From a virus (Duplodnaviria; Caudoviricetes): a DNA stretch of 58,647 nucleotides. Positions 1 through 11,311 of the stretch are shown here, in pieces (positions within the stretch are counted from its first letter, which is position 1; each line of letters opens with the position of its first letter). The notes beneath the pieces were generated by a model. That model saw only the letters and a list, made by a program, of their open reading frames with translations, did not search any database and was not told the DNA's origin. The position numbers and the translations under genes were made by a program. Location of the stretch: positions 1 to 58,647 of the IMG/VR virus record IMGVR_UViG_3300046170_000213, one strand, 5' to 3'.

Positions 1-705
1 CCTTTAGAAATGCTATCGCTAAAACCTTTAGCTTGATCGTAAAGACCTTTTTCAGTTACTGGGCCGACCTTACTTACTTCCCAACCAAACCAAGTGCCTT
101 TATCGTTCGACATTTGGGTAGTCTTTAGTTTGTAAATGTGGCTGAAAGATGCCGGTGTAAACATTCCGTTCGCACCCTTCATCTTGATTCCAGACATCAT
201 TGAGTTCCACTTTCTACTAATTTTTAATTGAGTAGATTTCATAGAGATCAATGCAGTCGATGGACTATCTCCCGCTACTATAACAAAGTGAGATGCAGTC
301 TTCTCGATATAATTACCGTTAGGTAATCTATCTTTGTAGTTTGCATCCGGTGTTGTTTTGGACATGATATCAGATGATGAATCATAGATTGCAACTGGTG
401 CACCTAAGCCCTTCTCCTCTATCTTTCCATTCAATGTACTCCAACTTATAAAAGCATGGAATTACATTTATACCTTTTACTCCGTCATAGAGTTCTCCAG
501 AAACAGAATTGAATATCATTCCTGGTTCTGCACCCTCAACATACTTACCATCACGTTTGTTAACTTCAGGTGAAAGTTGTCCTAGGATTTTTAGAAAAGG
601 TAAGGCTAGATCTTCTTGACCTATTGCACCTAAACCTTTTGCTGCATCGTCTTCAAACATATTTGCTGGAAGTGGTGCAGACTTTTTCTCTGTTACTTGG
701 TTCAT
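1..705 (-). CDS. Probable ssDNA-binding/annealing protein (frameshift ~410; runs off the window start)
   Basis: MNQVTEKK...DLALPFLKILGQLSPEV continues in another frame as GAPVAIYDSSS...LISMKSTQLKISRKWNSM...GTWFGWEV...DSISKG; next to the primase in the replication module. Confidence 0.65.
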
Positions 706-707
706 GT

Positions 708-1261
708 TTATTTACTCCTTGTTACTTTGGTTCGGTTTCCTGCGAACACGTTAAATAGATCAGAGGGCATTTCTTGTCCAGACTCAAGACGCTCTCTGAC
801 CAATGCTTTTAGAGTCATTGGTTCAACCTTAAGTTTCTGGACAGGTTCAAACCCTTGACCCTTTGCAAGGGTCGCATAACTGCTAGCCTTGTTATCTTCG
901 TTACGACCAAAGGAAACTATGATCTCATTTTTAATAAGATCACCTAAGCCGTTTTCTCGAAGCCATGTGTAGGCTGCTTCTTTATTAGCTACTGTAATAG
1001 AAGCGCCATAAACTGGTTTTACTTCAACTGAAGAACCATCTGCTAGTTTCAATGTAGAGATATTCATCTCTTGCATCATGGTAGGTATAACCTCACCAGA
1101 AACTAAATCGATATGTCTTTTCAGTTCTTTTAATTCTTTTTCTTTTTTAATTAAATCATCTTCTAAATCTTTAAGTTTAACTACTTGATCTGATAATGAT
1201 TTTGCATCGTTTACTGAATCAGATCTTCTCTTTGATCTGCTTCAAAGTTTATATTACTCAT
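708..1261 (-). CDS. Conserved phage replication-module protein (frameshift ~1220)
   Basis: ATG 1261 MSNINFEADQRED.. joins the coiled coil and ORF 708..1079 (..KEAAYTWLRENGLGDLIKN..VEPMTLKALVRE). Confidence 0.7.
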
Positions 1262-1610
1262 CTATTTTTCCTTTCTCGTATAAATTAATTTTAATAGGAT
1301 AGTATTGTCTTTCTTGTCTATCCCATTTGAGTAAATTGTATTTGCCGTTTGTAATATCAGATACAATAGAACATGCAACACCAATAATAGCAGGATCACC
1401 AGTCAACAATAAATAATCATCAGCTTTAAAATCTTTTAAAAGTTTTCTAAGTTTAAAAATTAATGGACCTGGAGAAAAAATTATTTGTGAAAGTTCTGGT
1501 AACAAAGATCTTACTTCACCGTATTTTCTAGCACCTACAATATTTATTTTAGGTGTTCCAGCTTGTGTACCAGGTACATCTTGTACTAAATAAACTATTC
1601 TTTCTGACAT
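1254..1610 (-). CDS. Conserved hypothetical phage protein (alpha/beta; DYLLLTGDPA motif)
   Basis: ORF; start MSERIV at 1610 lies just downstream of a promoter-like sequence. Confidence 0.75.
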   Translation of the reverse strand: MSERIVYLVQDVPGTQAGTPKINIVGARKYGEVRSLLPELSQIIFSPGPLIFKLRKLLKDFKADDYLLLTGDPAIIGVACSIVSDITNGKYNLLKWDRQERQYYPIKINLYEKGKIDE

Positions 1611-1647
1611 TGACAAAAGATATAACATCGATTATATAGAAGTCAAT
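1610..1647. promoter_or_regulatory. Overlapping divergent sigma70-type promoters
   Basis: + strand TTGACA(1610-1615)-17-TATATA; - strand TTGACT..TATATC upstream of ATG 1610. Confidence 0.55.
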
Positions 1648-1667
1648 ACAGAAAGAAGAAAAATATT

Positions 1668-3103
1668 ATGAATTATAAATTTAAAACTAAGCCGTACGAG
1701 CATCAGCTCAAAGCTTTAGAAATGTCATGGGAGCGACCGTACTTTGCATACTTTATGGAGATGGGTACTGGTAAATCTAAAGTGTTAATAGATAATATAT
1801 CTATGCTTTATGACAATGGTAAAATTAATGGTGTCTTAATTATTGCACCAAAAGGTGTAGTAAAAAACTGGCACGAAGGTGAAATACCTACACACTTAGT
1901 AGACCACATAGAACATAAAAATATTTTATGGCAGTCATTAATTAATGTAACTCAACAAAGAAAACTAAATTCATTATTTGAAACAGGTGAAGACCTACAC
2001 ATATTAGTTATGAATGTAGAATCTTTATCTACTAAAAAAGGTGTAGCGTTTGCAGAAAAGTTTTTAAATTCTCACAGAGCATTAATGGCTATTGATGAGT
2101 CTACTACAATAAAAAATCCAGAAGCCAAACGTACAAAAAATATTGTAACCCTTGGTAAGCTTGCAACATACAGAAGAATACTTACAGGATCACCGGTAAC
2201 TAAATCACCACTAGACCTATACAAACAATGTGAGTTTTTGGAAGATGAACTACTTGGGTTTTAATTCTTACTATGCATTTAGAACTAGATACGCTGTTAT
2301 GAGAACAGCAAATTTTAGTGGTCGATCTGTACAGATAGTTGTAGGGTTATAGAAACCTAGATGAACTAGCCGACAAACTAAAAGAATTTTCTTACCGTGT
2401 ATTAAAAGATGAATGTCTAGATTTACCTAAGAAAACGTTTATGAAACGAGAAGTGTTGTTGACACCAGAACAGACTAAGGCATATCTACAGATGCAGAAA
2501 CTAGCTCATGCTCAAATGAATGGTAAGATGATGTCTACAGCTACTGTGTTAACTCAGTTAATGAGACTACAGCAGATAACTTGTGGTCACTTTACAGCTG
2601 ATGATGGCACCATACAAGAAATGCCAAACAACAGGGTAGGTGAACTACTTAATTTACTTGATGAGATAGAGGGTAAGGTTGTTATCTGGGCTCAGTTTCA
2701 AAGAGATGTACATAATATTATTAAAGTCTTATCTAAAGAATATGGAGAAGATTCTTTTGTAGATTATTATGGACTAACACCACAAGAAGAAAGACAGGAT
2801 AATATTAAGAAATTCCAGGACCCTGATTCTCCTGTCCGGTTTTTTATAGGAACTACACAAACTGGTGGGTATGGTATCACACTTACAGCTGCATCAACTA
2901 TGATCTATTATTCTAATGGTTATGATCTAGAGAAAAGACAGCAATCAGAGGCTAGAATAGATCGTATTGGTCAAGAAAAACCAATGACTTACATTGACAT
3001 TATATGTGAGAATACTGTAGATACGCGAATAGTAAAAGCGCTACGTAAGAAAGTAGATATAGCTACACAGATAATGGGAGAGGATTTAAAAGAATGGATT
3101 TAA
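1668..3103 (+). CDS. SNF2-family DEAH/DEXD helicase (frameshifts ~2262 and ~2348)
   Basis: MEMGTGKS Walker A, IDES, ILTGSP, GGYGITLT, QSEARIDRIGQ motifs across ORFs 1668..2264 and 2441..3103. Confidence 0.92.
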
Positions 3104-3171
3104 GACCTGGAGTTGTTATAAGATTTGGACTATGGATTAGTCTTGTTATGTGTATGCTATGGTATTTTTAA
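3094..3171 (+). CDS. Putative 25-aa single-TM peptide
   Basis: MDLRPGVVIRFGLWISLVMCMLWYF*, overlapping the helicase stop and filling the gap to the endolysin. Confidence 0.35.
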   Translation: MDLRPGVVIRFGLWISLVMCMLWYF

Positions 3172-3644
3172 AGTATATCTTTTGCTTTACCTAAAATAGG
3201 TTTGTACTTAGTTTTATTTTCTTCTCTGTATGCATGTAGAAATTGTTTTCTTGGTGTGCCTTCTGTTACACTACAATGTATCCATCCCGAGTTAGGTTCT
3301 CCAGGAACGTAGTACTCAACGATCAGCTGATCCCAGTCAAGCTCTCTATGTATCCAATCTGCAAGTTCGGCATTGTCCACTCCTACACATTCGAAGTCTG
3401 CCGCTTCCGCACGTGAGTGCTGGCTGTTGATCGAACTACCGATGGCTTGGCAGAGCTGAGGAGAACGGAATCCTGATGTGACTTTGACTCTACCGAAATG
3501 ATCTCTTACGGGTTGTAATATTTTTTCACAAAGTGTTTTTAATTTTTCTATTTGTTCTGCGTTAGGGTTATTATTGATACCTTTACGTATCGCAGTGTCT
3601 GATTTAATTAACTCCTGAAGAGTGAAATTTCGTGTAAGTTCCAT
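3168..3644 (-). CDS. Endolysin, peptidase M15A family
   Basis: NFTLQEL..SGFRS..SQH..AADF..WIH Zn-peptidase motifs; start MELTRNF at 3644. Confidence 0.9.
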   Translation of the reverse strand: MELTRNFTLQELIKSDTAIRKGINNNPNAEQIEKLKTLCEKILQPVRDHFGRVKVTSGFRSPQLCQAIGSSINSQHSRAEAADFECVGVDNAELADWIHRELDWDQLIVEYYVPGEPNSGWIHCSVTEGTPRKQFLHAYREENKTKYKPILGKAKDIL

Positions 3645-3646
3645 TT

Positions 3647-3826
3647 TTATTTTGTGATGTCTGAAAGTAAAATTAATAGCACGGCTCCCATACCGCCAAC
3701 AATCCAATACTCTAATCTTTTGATTCGTTCTTGCATTTCTTTTATTTGCTCAAACGTTTGCTTCTGCATTATTCTGCAAAGCTTTTCATGAGATTCTATT
3801 TTTTGTAGTGCAGATTTTTTAGCCAT
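3647..3826 (-). CDS. Small coiled-coil + C-terminal TM protein (XhlA/holin-like)
   Basis: MAKKSALQKIESHEKLC..RLEYWIVGGMGAVLLILLSDITK* (59 aa), directly upstream of the endolysin. Confidence 0.6.
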   Translation of the reverse strand: MAKKSALQKIESHEKLCRIMQKQTFEQIKEMQERIKRLEYWIVGGMGAVLLILLSDITK

Positions 3827-3828
3827 AA

Positions 3829-6800
3829 TTATCCTCGTCCAAACAGTATTTCTAATTTTTGTTGAGTTGTCAAGTTAGAAAAAGACCCGGCAGCTCCAGG
3901 GTTATTAACAATATTTGCATCAATACCTGGTAAATTTAGTGTCGTCGGTGTTGCAGGTGTGTCTTGCATAATAGGTACTAATGGATTTTCTATAAATGGA
4001 AACTCAGGTTCTAACAAAGATGTTCTAGCTAACTGTTGTTGTATATTTCCAAGTGCAGTTAATGCAGAAATTAATGGATTAGGTTCACCAATTTTTGCAG
4101 CGTTTTCTGCAAATGCTTGTTGTAATTCTGATGATATATTTATTGGTCTAAATATATTTTGTTCTATAGATCCAACTTCTACACCAGATAATCTATCTGT
4201 AGAAGTTTCTTAATCCTGATTGTGTAATCCCTAAAGTTCTTGCTGCATCTAAATCTAATTTAAAATTTTTTCTTACACCAAACAACGCTCTGTTTGCATT
4301 TAAATATGCATCTACAATTTCGCTTGGATCAATTGGTCCACCACGTAAAGCTTCTCTAGTAAACAACTGTCTAGATTCCCTTACACCTCTTTGATAGTTT
4401 GCAACTTTAAATTTTAAAGTTCTATCTGGATTAACTGCTACAGATCTAAAACCAAATAAACCTGCAAACTCATCACCAAATTCATACGTCTGTCCAAACT
4501 TATCTATCTTACCTTTTTGTAATACGTCAACAGACTCAATAGATTGATCTAATCTTTTTAATTGATTAAGTGAAAATGGCATTTGTGCCTCTACCAGGTG
4601 AGCCATAATTTTATATGCTTTGTCACCAGACGTATCTTGTGGGTTAAACACTTGGAAACCATCTCTAGTTCTACCACCTCTAGCTATAATATCTGTTACT
4701 GCTTCTGTCCAAATAGACTCTGATATAAATGGTTGTGCAAATTCTTTCATAGATCCAAACATACCTGCAATGAAATCATCCATCATACCATCTTCATCAT
4801 TTCTACCATCAGCTACTTGATTTAAAATAGTTTGAATAGGTCTAACTAATGTGTCGTATGCATTAGCATGACTAAAATCTACATATTTAAAATTACCTTC
4901 TTCGTCTTTTATTGGTAGTAATGTTGAGTTTTTTGACCAGTCGGCTACGTATCTTCTAAGAGCCTCTCGCTCTTCATCTGTTACGTCATAGATAGCTGCG
5001 AATGCTTCTGCTGTTGCAGCTGGCACAGCTACTGTAGTTGCACCCATACCAAATAATCTAGTGTACCCTATTGATTGAAAAGGTTTTACTTTTGTACCAT
5101 CAGGTAAAATTATTTCTTCGTTTATTTCTCTAAGACCACGTCTTATAATGTTAGTTCCTGTTCTAGCTATCTCTGCAGGAAACGATACGAAGTTACCAAT
5201 AGGTAGTTTTCTTAAACCTTTTACAAAAGTCTGATACATAATCATAGTTAGGTACATTATTTTTAATTATATCTGCTGCTTCTCTTTTTAAAGAAGTTAT
5301 CATCAAACACTTGTTCAATACCATTCCTTGTAAACGATTGTCCTTTTGTTAAACCTACATTTGTAAGATTTTTTTCTAATCTAGATTTTTCCATAGCCCA
5401 TGACGCTATCTTCCAAAAGTCATCTTCAGCTGTATATAAATCTTGTGATACTGATTTTAATTTTGATAATGGTTTTAACAACATTCTAAATCCCTTTGTC
5501 TGCTGTCATTGTTTCACCAAAGTTTACATCTTCTAATAGTCTTGTTAGGTCCCCTAATCTTACGTTAGAGTTTACCACACCAAGCTCTAGTAGTTCTTCA
5601 TACAAATCATTTTGTTGTCTTGTACCTTTAAGAGGTGTTTGTAGTGCCTGGTATGCTTGTTTAATAGCTTGACCATCAGGTATAATACCATTTGCTGTTG
5701 CAAAGAAACTAGCACTAACAAAGTTTCTCATGTGTGTGACCGGTGATAAAATTGTTTTAGCTACCTGTGATAAACCTTTTGGATATAAAACTAAGCTTTG
5801 ATATAGCTGTCCTATCATCCCTGGTTCCTGTTGAGTAATCCCTGTGTCTTTTAATGCTTTAGCAACACCAGGTCTTGCAAAAAATTGTGATTCTGAAAAA
5901 GGGTTTGTAGCACTTGCTGCTTGTCCTCTTCTTTCAAGAAGTTCTCTTCTTGTTTCTTTCGCACCTTTACCTGCATCAACAGTTAATCTTTTACCAGGAT
6001 CAATAACTTCTACTAGTTCATAGTCTGTACCAAATAATTCTCTAGCTTCGTCTTCACTTCTAGCTAAGAAAGGTTTTGTTTGACTTTGTCCTGATCTAAA
6101 TAGTTCTGATACCTCATCGTTTTTATTTAATAGATCTCTGTAAAACATATTACGTCTTGTAAGCATGGATAGTTTCGCAGTAGCACCTATAATTGTTTGC
6201 ATAGGATTTCTTTGTTTACCAAATAGTTCTTCAAATACTTCTCTGTCTGCTTTTGATTTTATCTCACCAATAGATACAAGAGGTTGTGCAACTCTTCTTT
6301 TTAATGTTTCATCTAATACAGTTTTATTAACAAAAAAATCTGGTACTTTAAATATAACATCAGATGGTTTATCTAATCTAAAACCTTTTGGGAGGTTAGG
6401 ATCTTTTATTGCATTGGCTACTATCTCTTCTGCTTGCAAATCTGTTATTGGTTTTCCTGCTTCATCGGCACTTTGTTTAAATACTGTTTTAGCTCTTTCA
6501 ATTGCTTCTCTTGTAGGTGTGTACCCCATAAAAGGTAGTATACTTTTGTTTTGAAATACATCATACGTTGCACCAATATAGTTTTTAAATTTGTTGCCAA
6601 ATAATTTTTTAAATTCTGCTATTTCATTCTTACCAAGTGTTCTTCCTAAATTAGAAAATAGATCAGCCCACTTGTCTCTGATAGTTGTTAGACTACCAAA
6701 TATAGTACCCATAGTTTCTTCGTCTACTTTTAGGTCTTGTAATTTTTTAAGAAGTGCTTCTTTTTTTGTTTGATCTAATGCACCAAACTTTGCATAACCA

Positions 6801-7750
6801 AGGTCATCTATTTGTGCATCTCCAGATAACAACAGATCATTGACATCTTTTAGTAGTGCATCTCTTTTCTTTTGATTAACTCTATTAGCTATGTTTCTAA
6901 ATGGAGGAAATATTTTATCGATAGCTATATCTAATTCTCTAGATATATTTTTTGCTTTTACAGCATCAGCAGACCTCTCTCCAATATTAGTTCTTTCAAT
7001 ATCAAAAAACTCCTGGGTTTTACCACTTCTAGCTCTAAACCCTTGTGCAATTTTATCAATAAATCTGTCTATCTTATCGTTTGAATCTGTAATGTTTTTA
7101 TTTCGATCAGTAAGTCTTTTAATAACTTTACCTGTGCCACTGATTACACCTGTAAACAACGCACCTTCAGTACCAAACTTAACTCTGTTTAATAAATCTG
7201 TTAATGGGTCATCAGATTCTCTATCTATTTCTGTGGGTCCACCAATTAAATCACCGAACGTACCTATCTGCTCTACGTCACCGACAAACGCTGCTTCACC
7301 AACACCGCCCCCTAACGCACCACCAATAAATCTATTTGTTTTACCTTTAGTATTTAATTCTAAAACATCGTCAGCTAATTTTTTTACTTCACCCGAAGGT
7401 TTAAAATACTTACCAGTTTTTGCAGCTTTCATTGCATCAACTGCTATTTTAGACCCTACTCTAAATCCTGCAGTAGCAGGTATACCAATATTAACTAATG
7501 CTTCTGTTATCTGACCAGCTACAGTTGCTTCTGCTTTCTCATCTAGTGTTGTAAGATCATCAAAGAATGCCTCAACTCTAGCCGCTCTGTTTTGATCAAC
7601 ACCTAGATCTAATAACGTTGCACCCAATGAAAAGAAACCTTTTGGTATTGCAAGAAGACCGGAACCTACACCTGCTAGTACAGATTCAATTGTACCTACT
7701 TTATTGTTATCTTCTGCTGAAGCTAAATTAATTTCTCGTAACGTAGCCAT
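3829..7750 (-). CDS. Large internal virion/ejection protein (frameshifts ~5490, ~5270, ~4205)
   Basis: Consecutive same-strand fragments 5486..7750, 5263..5484, 4193..5257, 3829..4017; ~1300 aa, helical; last structural gene before lysis genes. Confidence 0.7.
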
Positions 7751-7759
7751 AAGTTACCC

Positions 7760-9118
7760 TTAACCTAATATGCTATCTAAATCTACTGGGAACGCGTTTC
7801 CATCTTTATCAATTGAAATAGCTTTTTTATTTATAACGTATATACCTGGATCTAATGATTTACCTTGAGTCACTTCTTGTAAGTAATCTATTTCATCTTT
7901 GTTTTCGTTATTTTTAAACCATTTTTGATATTTGTCATCTTTTACTATGTCTATAACTCCAGTACCTTTAGATATAATTGATCTAGCTACATATTCACTT
8001 GTTACTGGTTTATCTGCCATAAGAGCTAAGTCATCAGCTACAGATCTCATACCTGATAATTTTTTAGCTAATGGGTCATTTGGATTATTTCTAATATATT
8101 GTACTTGTTCTGCAAATGCTGAAGGTTTTGTTTGATTAATATCTTTTTGAATCTCTGCTTTAAGAACTGCAGCATCAATTTGTTTTTTAAGATTAGAAGA
8201 TTTATCTAAGTTTTTAGATATCGCTGATATAAGTGAAGATTGTAAACTACCATCTTTAATAGAACCTTTTAAATCACCACCTTTTTCTTGTATAATTTTA
8301 CTAGCGTCAATTAAAGAATCGTAAGTTGCTTCTTTATTCATCTTATCTATACCCATTAATTTATAGTATTTATTTTTATTTTCTTGAATTCTGTCTTCGT
8401 TTATTATTTGTTTTTCTGCATCTGATTTACCACCAGTTCCGCCTGTTTCAGGTGTAGCTACAACTTTATTTTTATCACCACGTTTTATTCCTGTGCCATC
8501 AGTTGTTTTTAGTTCATCTTTTTTCTGACCTCTTTTAAAATCAGTTCCTAATAAATAGTTTGCAATGCCTAAACCTGTATCAGCTGCAAGTCCTACAGCA
8601 CCTGATGCAATATCAGGTATATTTTTAATCTGTCCTGCAGCTCCAATACCAATAGTTCCTGCAGTAAATGGATTTTCTCTTATAGCTTGTCCTAGTCTTG
8701 TTGGATCTTTAAGAGACTGTGTTATACTTAATGGTTTATTAGGATCTATTTTTATTCCTGAATATGATCCACTTGCATTAGGAACAGTTCTTTCTTTAGT
8801 TCGCGATATGTTAGGAGCAACGTTTCTAAATCTACCGGTTGGAAATAAATTTCTAAAAAAACCACCTGATTGTGATGGTGAAAATTTAGATGCTGTTCTC
8901 ATGCTTCTGTAAACAGTAGGAAGTGCTCTAATACCAGCTGCACCTGCAGCATATAAAGCAGGTAATAAAGGAAACGCATAACCACCTCTACCTGTTTCAT
9001 CTTTAGGTGCAAGTGGACTACCAACAGTATTGATAGCTTGTTTCTCTTTCATACCGTCCATGATACCCTCTTTGATAGGGCCGCCGTATCTAAACATTGG
9101 TCTATTTAATGTTTTCAT
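7760..9118 (-). CDS. Putative internal virion protein
   Basis: 452 aa ORF in the ejection-protein block; N-terminal RPMFRYGG motif. Confidence 0.65.
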   Translation of the reverse strand: MKTLNRPMFRYGGPIKEGIMDGMKEKQAINTVGSPLAPKDETGRGGYAFPLLPALYAAGAAGIRALPTVYRSMRTASKFSPSQSGGFFRNLFPTGRFRNVAPNISRTKERTVPNASGSYSGIKIDPNKPLSITQSLKDPTRLGQAIRENPFTAGTIGIGAAGQIKNIPDIASGAVGLAADTGLGIANYLLGTDFKRGQKKDELKTTDGTGIKRGDKNKVVATPETGGTGGKSDAEKQIINEDRIQENKNKYYKLMGIDKMNKEATYDSLIDASKIIQEKGGDLKGSIKDGSLQSSLISAISKNLDKSSNLKKQIDAAVLKAEIQKDINQTKPSAFAEQVQYIRNNPNDPLAKKLSGMRSVADDLALMADKPVTSEYVARSIISKGTGVIDIVKDDKYQKWFKNNENKDEIDYLQEVTQGKSLDPGIYVINKKAISIDKDGNAFPVDLDSILG

Positions 9119-9121
9119 ATA

Positions 9122-9919
9122 CTATCCGTATAATTTACCAAACAATCCTGCGATACCTGTTGCTGTGCTTAAACCTGTAGCAAACGGACTAGCTCCACCC
9201 ATAGGTGCTGGTGCTGGAGATGCGAATCCAGCTAATTGACCTAGACCACCTCCGTATTGTTGAAGTCTTTGTTGAGGTTCATAAGCTGCTGTTCTTGCTG
9301 CATCAGCTTGCGCTTGTAATTGTTGTTGATTTAATCCTTGTCTGAATGCTCCTAGATTACCTAATGAAGCAACGTCTCCTGATAAACCTGATCTTTGAAA
9401 ATTAGATAATGCAAATTGATCTTGTAATGCTTGACCTCTTCTTGCTGTAGCATCTTGAAAAGCTTGTTGATTTAATTGAGCTGTTATACCTGCTCTACCT
9501 AGTGCAGTATCTGCCATGTATTGTCCTTCCAATGCACCTTGTCTGCCACCACCAAATGCACCAGATGTGTAGGCTTGTTGACCAATGTCTTGCATACCAC
9601 CTGCTCTTGATTGATCATATTGTCTTAATGTTTCATCAATAACAGCTCCCTGATATGGAGACATAAATGATGCAATAGAACCTGCGCTGCCTGCTCCCCC
9701 TGCTCCCGGTCCAGTTAACTGTTGTGCTTGTGTTAAATAAGGTTGATATCCACCAATACCTGCAGTCGCCATGTTAATAGCATCTGTCTGTAACTGATTT
9801 TCACCAGCAACAAATTGTTGTCCAGTAAATGTACCTGTGTTAATAGGTGTAGAAGTACTTGCCGTTAACTGTCTGGCAAAATCTTTTGCGGATGATTCTA
9901 AATAATCTGGTAATGACAT
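9122..9919 (-). CDS. Putative DNA-transfer/ejection protein (Gln/Gly/Ala-rich)
   Basis: MSPYQGAVID..GAFGGGRQG motif typical of podovirus ejection proteins. Confidence 0.65.
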   Translation of the reverse strand: MSLPDYLESSAKDFARQLTASTSTPINTGTFTGQQFVAGENQLQTDAINMATAGIGGYQPYLTQAQQLTGPGAGGAGSAGSIASFMSPYQGAVIDETLRQYDQSRAGGMQDIGQQAYTSGAFGGGRQGALEGQYMADTALGRAGITAQLNQQAFQDATARRGQALQDQFALSNFQRSGLSGDVASLGNLGAFRQGLNQQQLQAQADAARTAAYEPQQRLQQYGGGLGQLAGFASPAPAPMGGASPFATGLSTATGIAGLFGKLYG

Positions 9920-11277
9920 TATTCTATTCTACTCTCCAATTGTTGTGCTTGATCAAACATTGATTGTGCAGGATTTTCCATGCCCTGGGACTCTTCTGAT
10001 ATAGTACCACCTGCTTCCAGATTGTCCATCATATTCTGCATAACTTCAGCGCCTTGGTCTATGTCACCTTGTCCTGCAGCTCTTACAGCGTCTGCTGTAA
10101 ATACAAATTCATTCTTGCTAAGTCTAGCTGGCACATCGTCTGCTCTTTCCTCAGCTCCTAGTGGTACAAAACCACCTTCTCTATAGTCTTTTTCTAGACC
10201 TCCTAGGTCCATAATACCACCGTCTGCTTTTCTATTTCTTAAAGCATCATAAATCATTTTTGATTCTTCATCCATCAACGGAGTCACCCTGTAATAATAA
10301 TCTTGAGCGTCTATAAATTCATCAGCACCTTTACTACCTATTCTTAGTCTTTGAGTTATTAAATCTAAAGCACCTTCATCTAAAGCATTGATAGTATAAC
10401 TACCATCTTCTGCTTTTGCAATATCATAACCTTCATCAATTAAACCATCTATAACTTGTACTGCTTTGCTTGATTTAGGTGTTATAAAAACATCTTGACC
10501 AACAGCTTGTGCCTGTAATCCAGCGTCTGTCATAACATCGTCATCACGTATCTGAACACTTATATCTGCATCATCAAATAAAGATTTAACTTTACCTACA
10601 CCAGACTTTATCATCTGACCTGCTTTTTGTAATACACCACCACCTATTCTGTATCCTGGTCTTAAACTTGCTAGTCCACCATCAGCAGCGTAGAAAGAAC
10701 TTCTTACAGCTGACTTAGGAGGCATGAAATATAATGCAGAGTTTGTTGGATCTGAATAGTATGCTTTAGCTTGACCTCTAATATCTTCTATGTCTGGCTG
10801 TGCCATACCAAATGGTGTACCTTCGTCAACTTCTTCTTCATCACCACCCATAAAAAATGGAGCTGCAATTGAAGCTGCACCTAAACCTGAAAGCGCTGCT
10901 CTACCTAGACTAAAATTACCTTCTTTATCTCTAATTAAACTTCTTAAAAAACCACCTTTGTCATCAACACCTCTAGTGCCAGCTGCTCTAAACAAACTAC
11001 CTATGCCTTTACCAAAATTACTAAAATTAGAAAATCCACCCGCACTTGATTTTAAAAAAGGAAGTGATTTACCAAACATAGTACCACCACCTAAACCATA
11101 ACCGGCTGCTGCTAACATTGCCATCTTACCTAATGGTGATTTAACTATCTTTTTAATTGGTTTAGTTATTTTCTTAACTAATTTACCTAAAAAATATCCT
11201 TGTCTCTGGTCTTCGAGACCCATAATGCCACCCATATTACGCATTTGTCTTTCCATATTCATTCTTGAAATTGCCAT
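9919..11277 (-). CDS. Putative internal virion protein with tape-measure-like C-terminal motif
   Basis: YREGGFVP..ADDVPARLSKNEFVFTADAVR; several xxGG motifs. Confidence 0.65.
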   Translation of the reverse strand: MAISRMNMERQMRNMGGIMGLEDQRQGYFLGKLVKKITKPIKKIVKSPLGKMAMLAAAGYGLGGGTMFGKSLPFLKSSAGGFSNFSNFGKGIGSLFRAAGTRGVDDKGGFLRSLIRDKEGNFSLGRAALSGLGAASIAAPFFMGGDEEEVDEGTPFGMAQPDIEDIRGQAKAYYSDPTNSALYFMPPKSAVRSSFYAADGGLASLRPGYRIGGGVLQKAGQMIKSGVGKVKSLFDDADISVQIRDDDVMTDAGLQAQAVGQDVFITPKSSKAVQVIDGLIDEGYDIAKAEDGSYTINALDEGALDLITQRLRIGSKGADEFIDAQDYYYRVTPLMDEESKMIYDALRNRKADGGIMDLGGLEKDYREGGFVPLGAEERADDVPARLSKNEFVFTADAVRAAGQGDIDQGAEVMQNMMDNLEAGGTISEESQGMENPAQSMFDQAQQLESRIE

Positions 11278-11311
11278 AGTTTTACTCTTTTATCGCCTTT
11301 TTGTTCTATAA

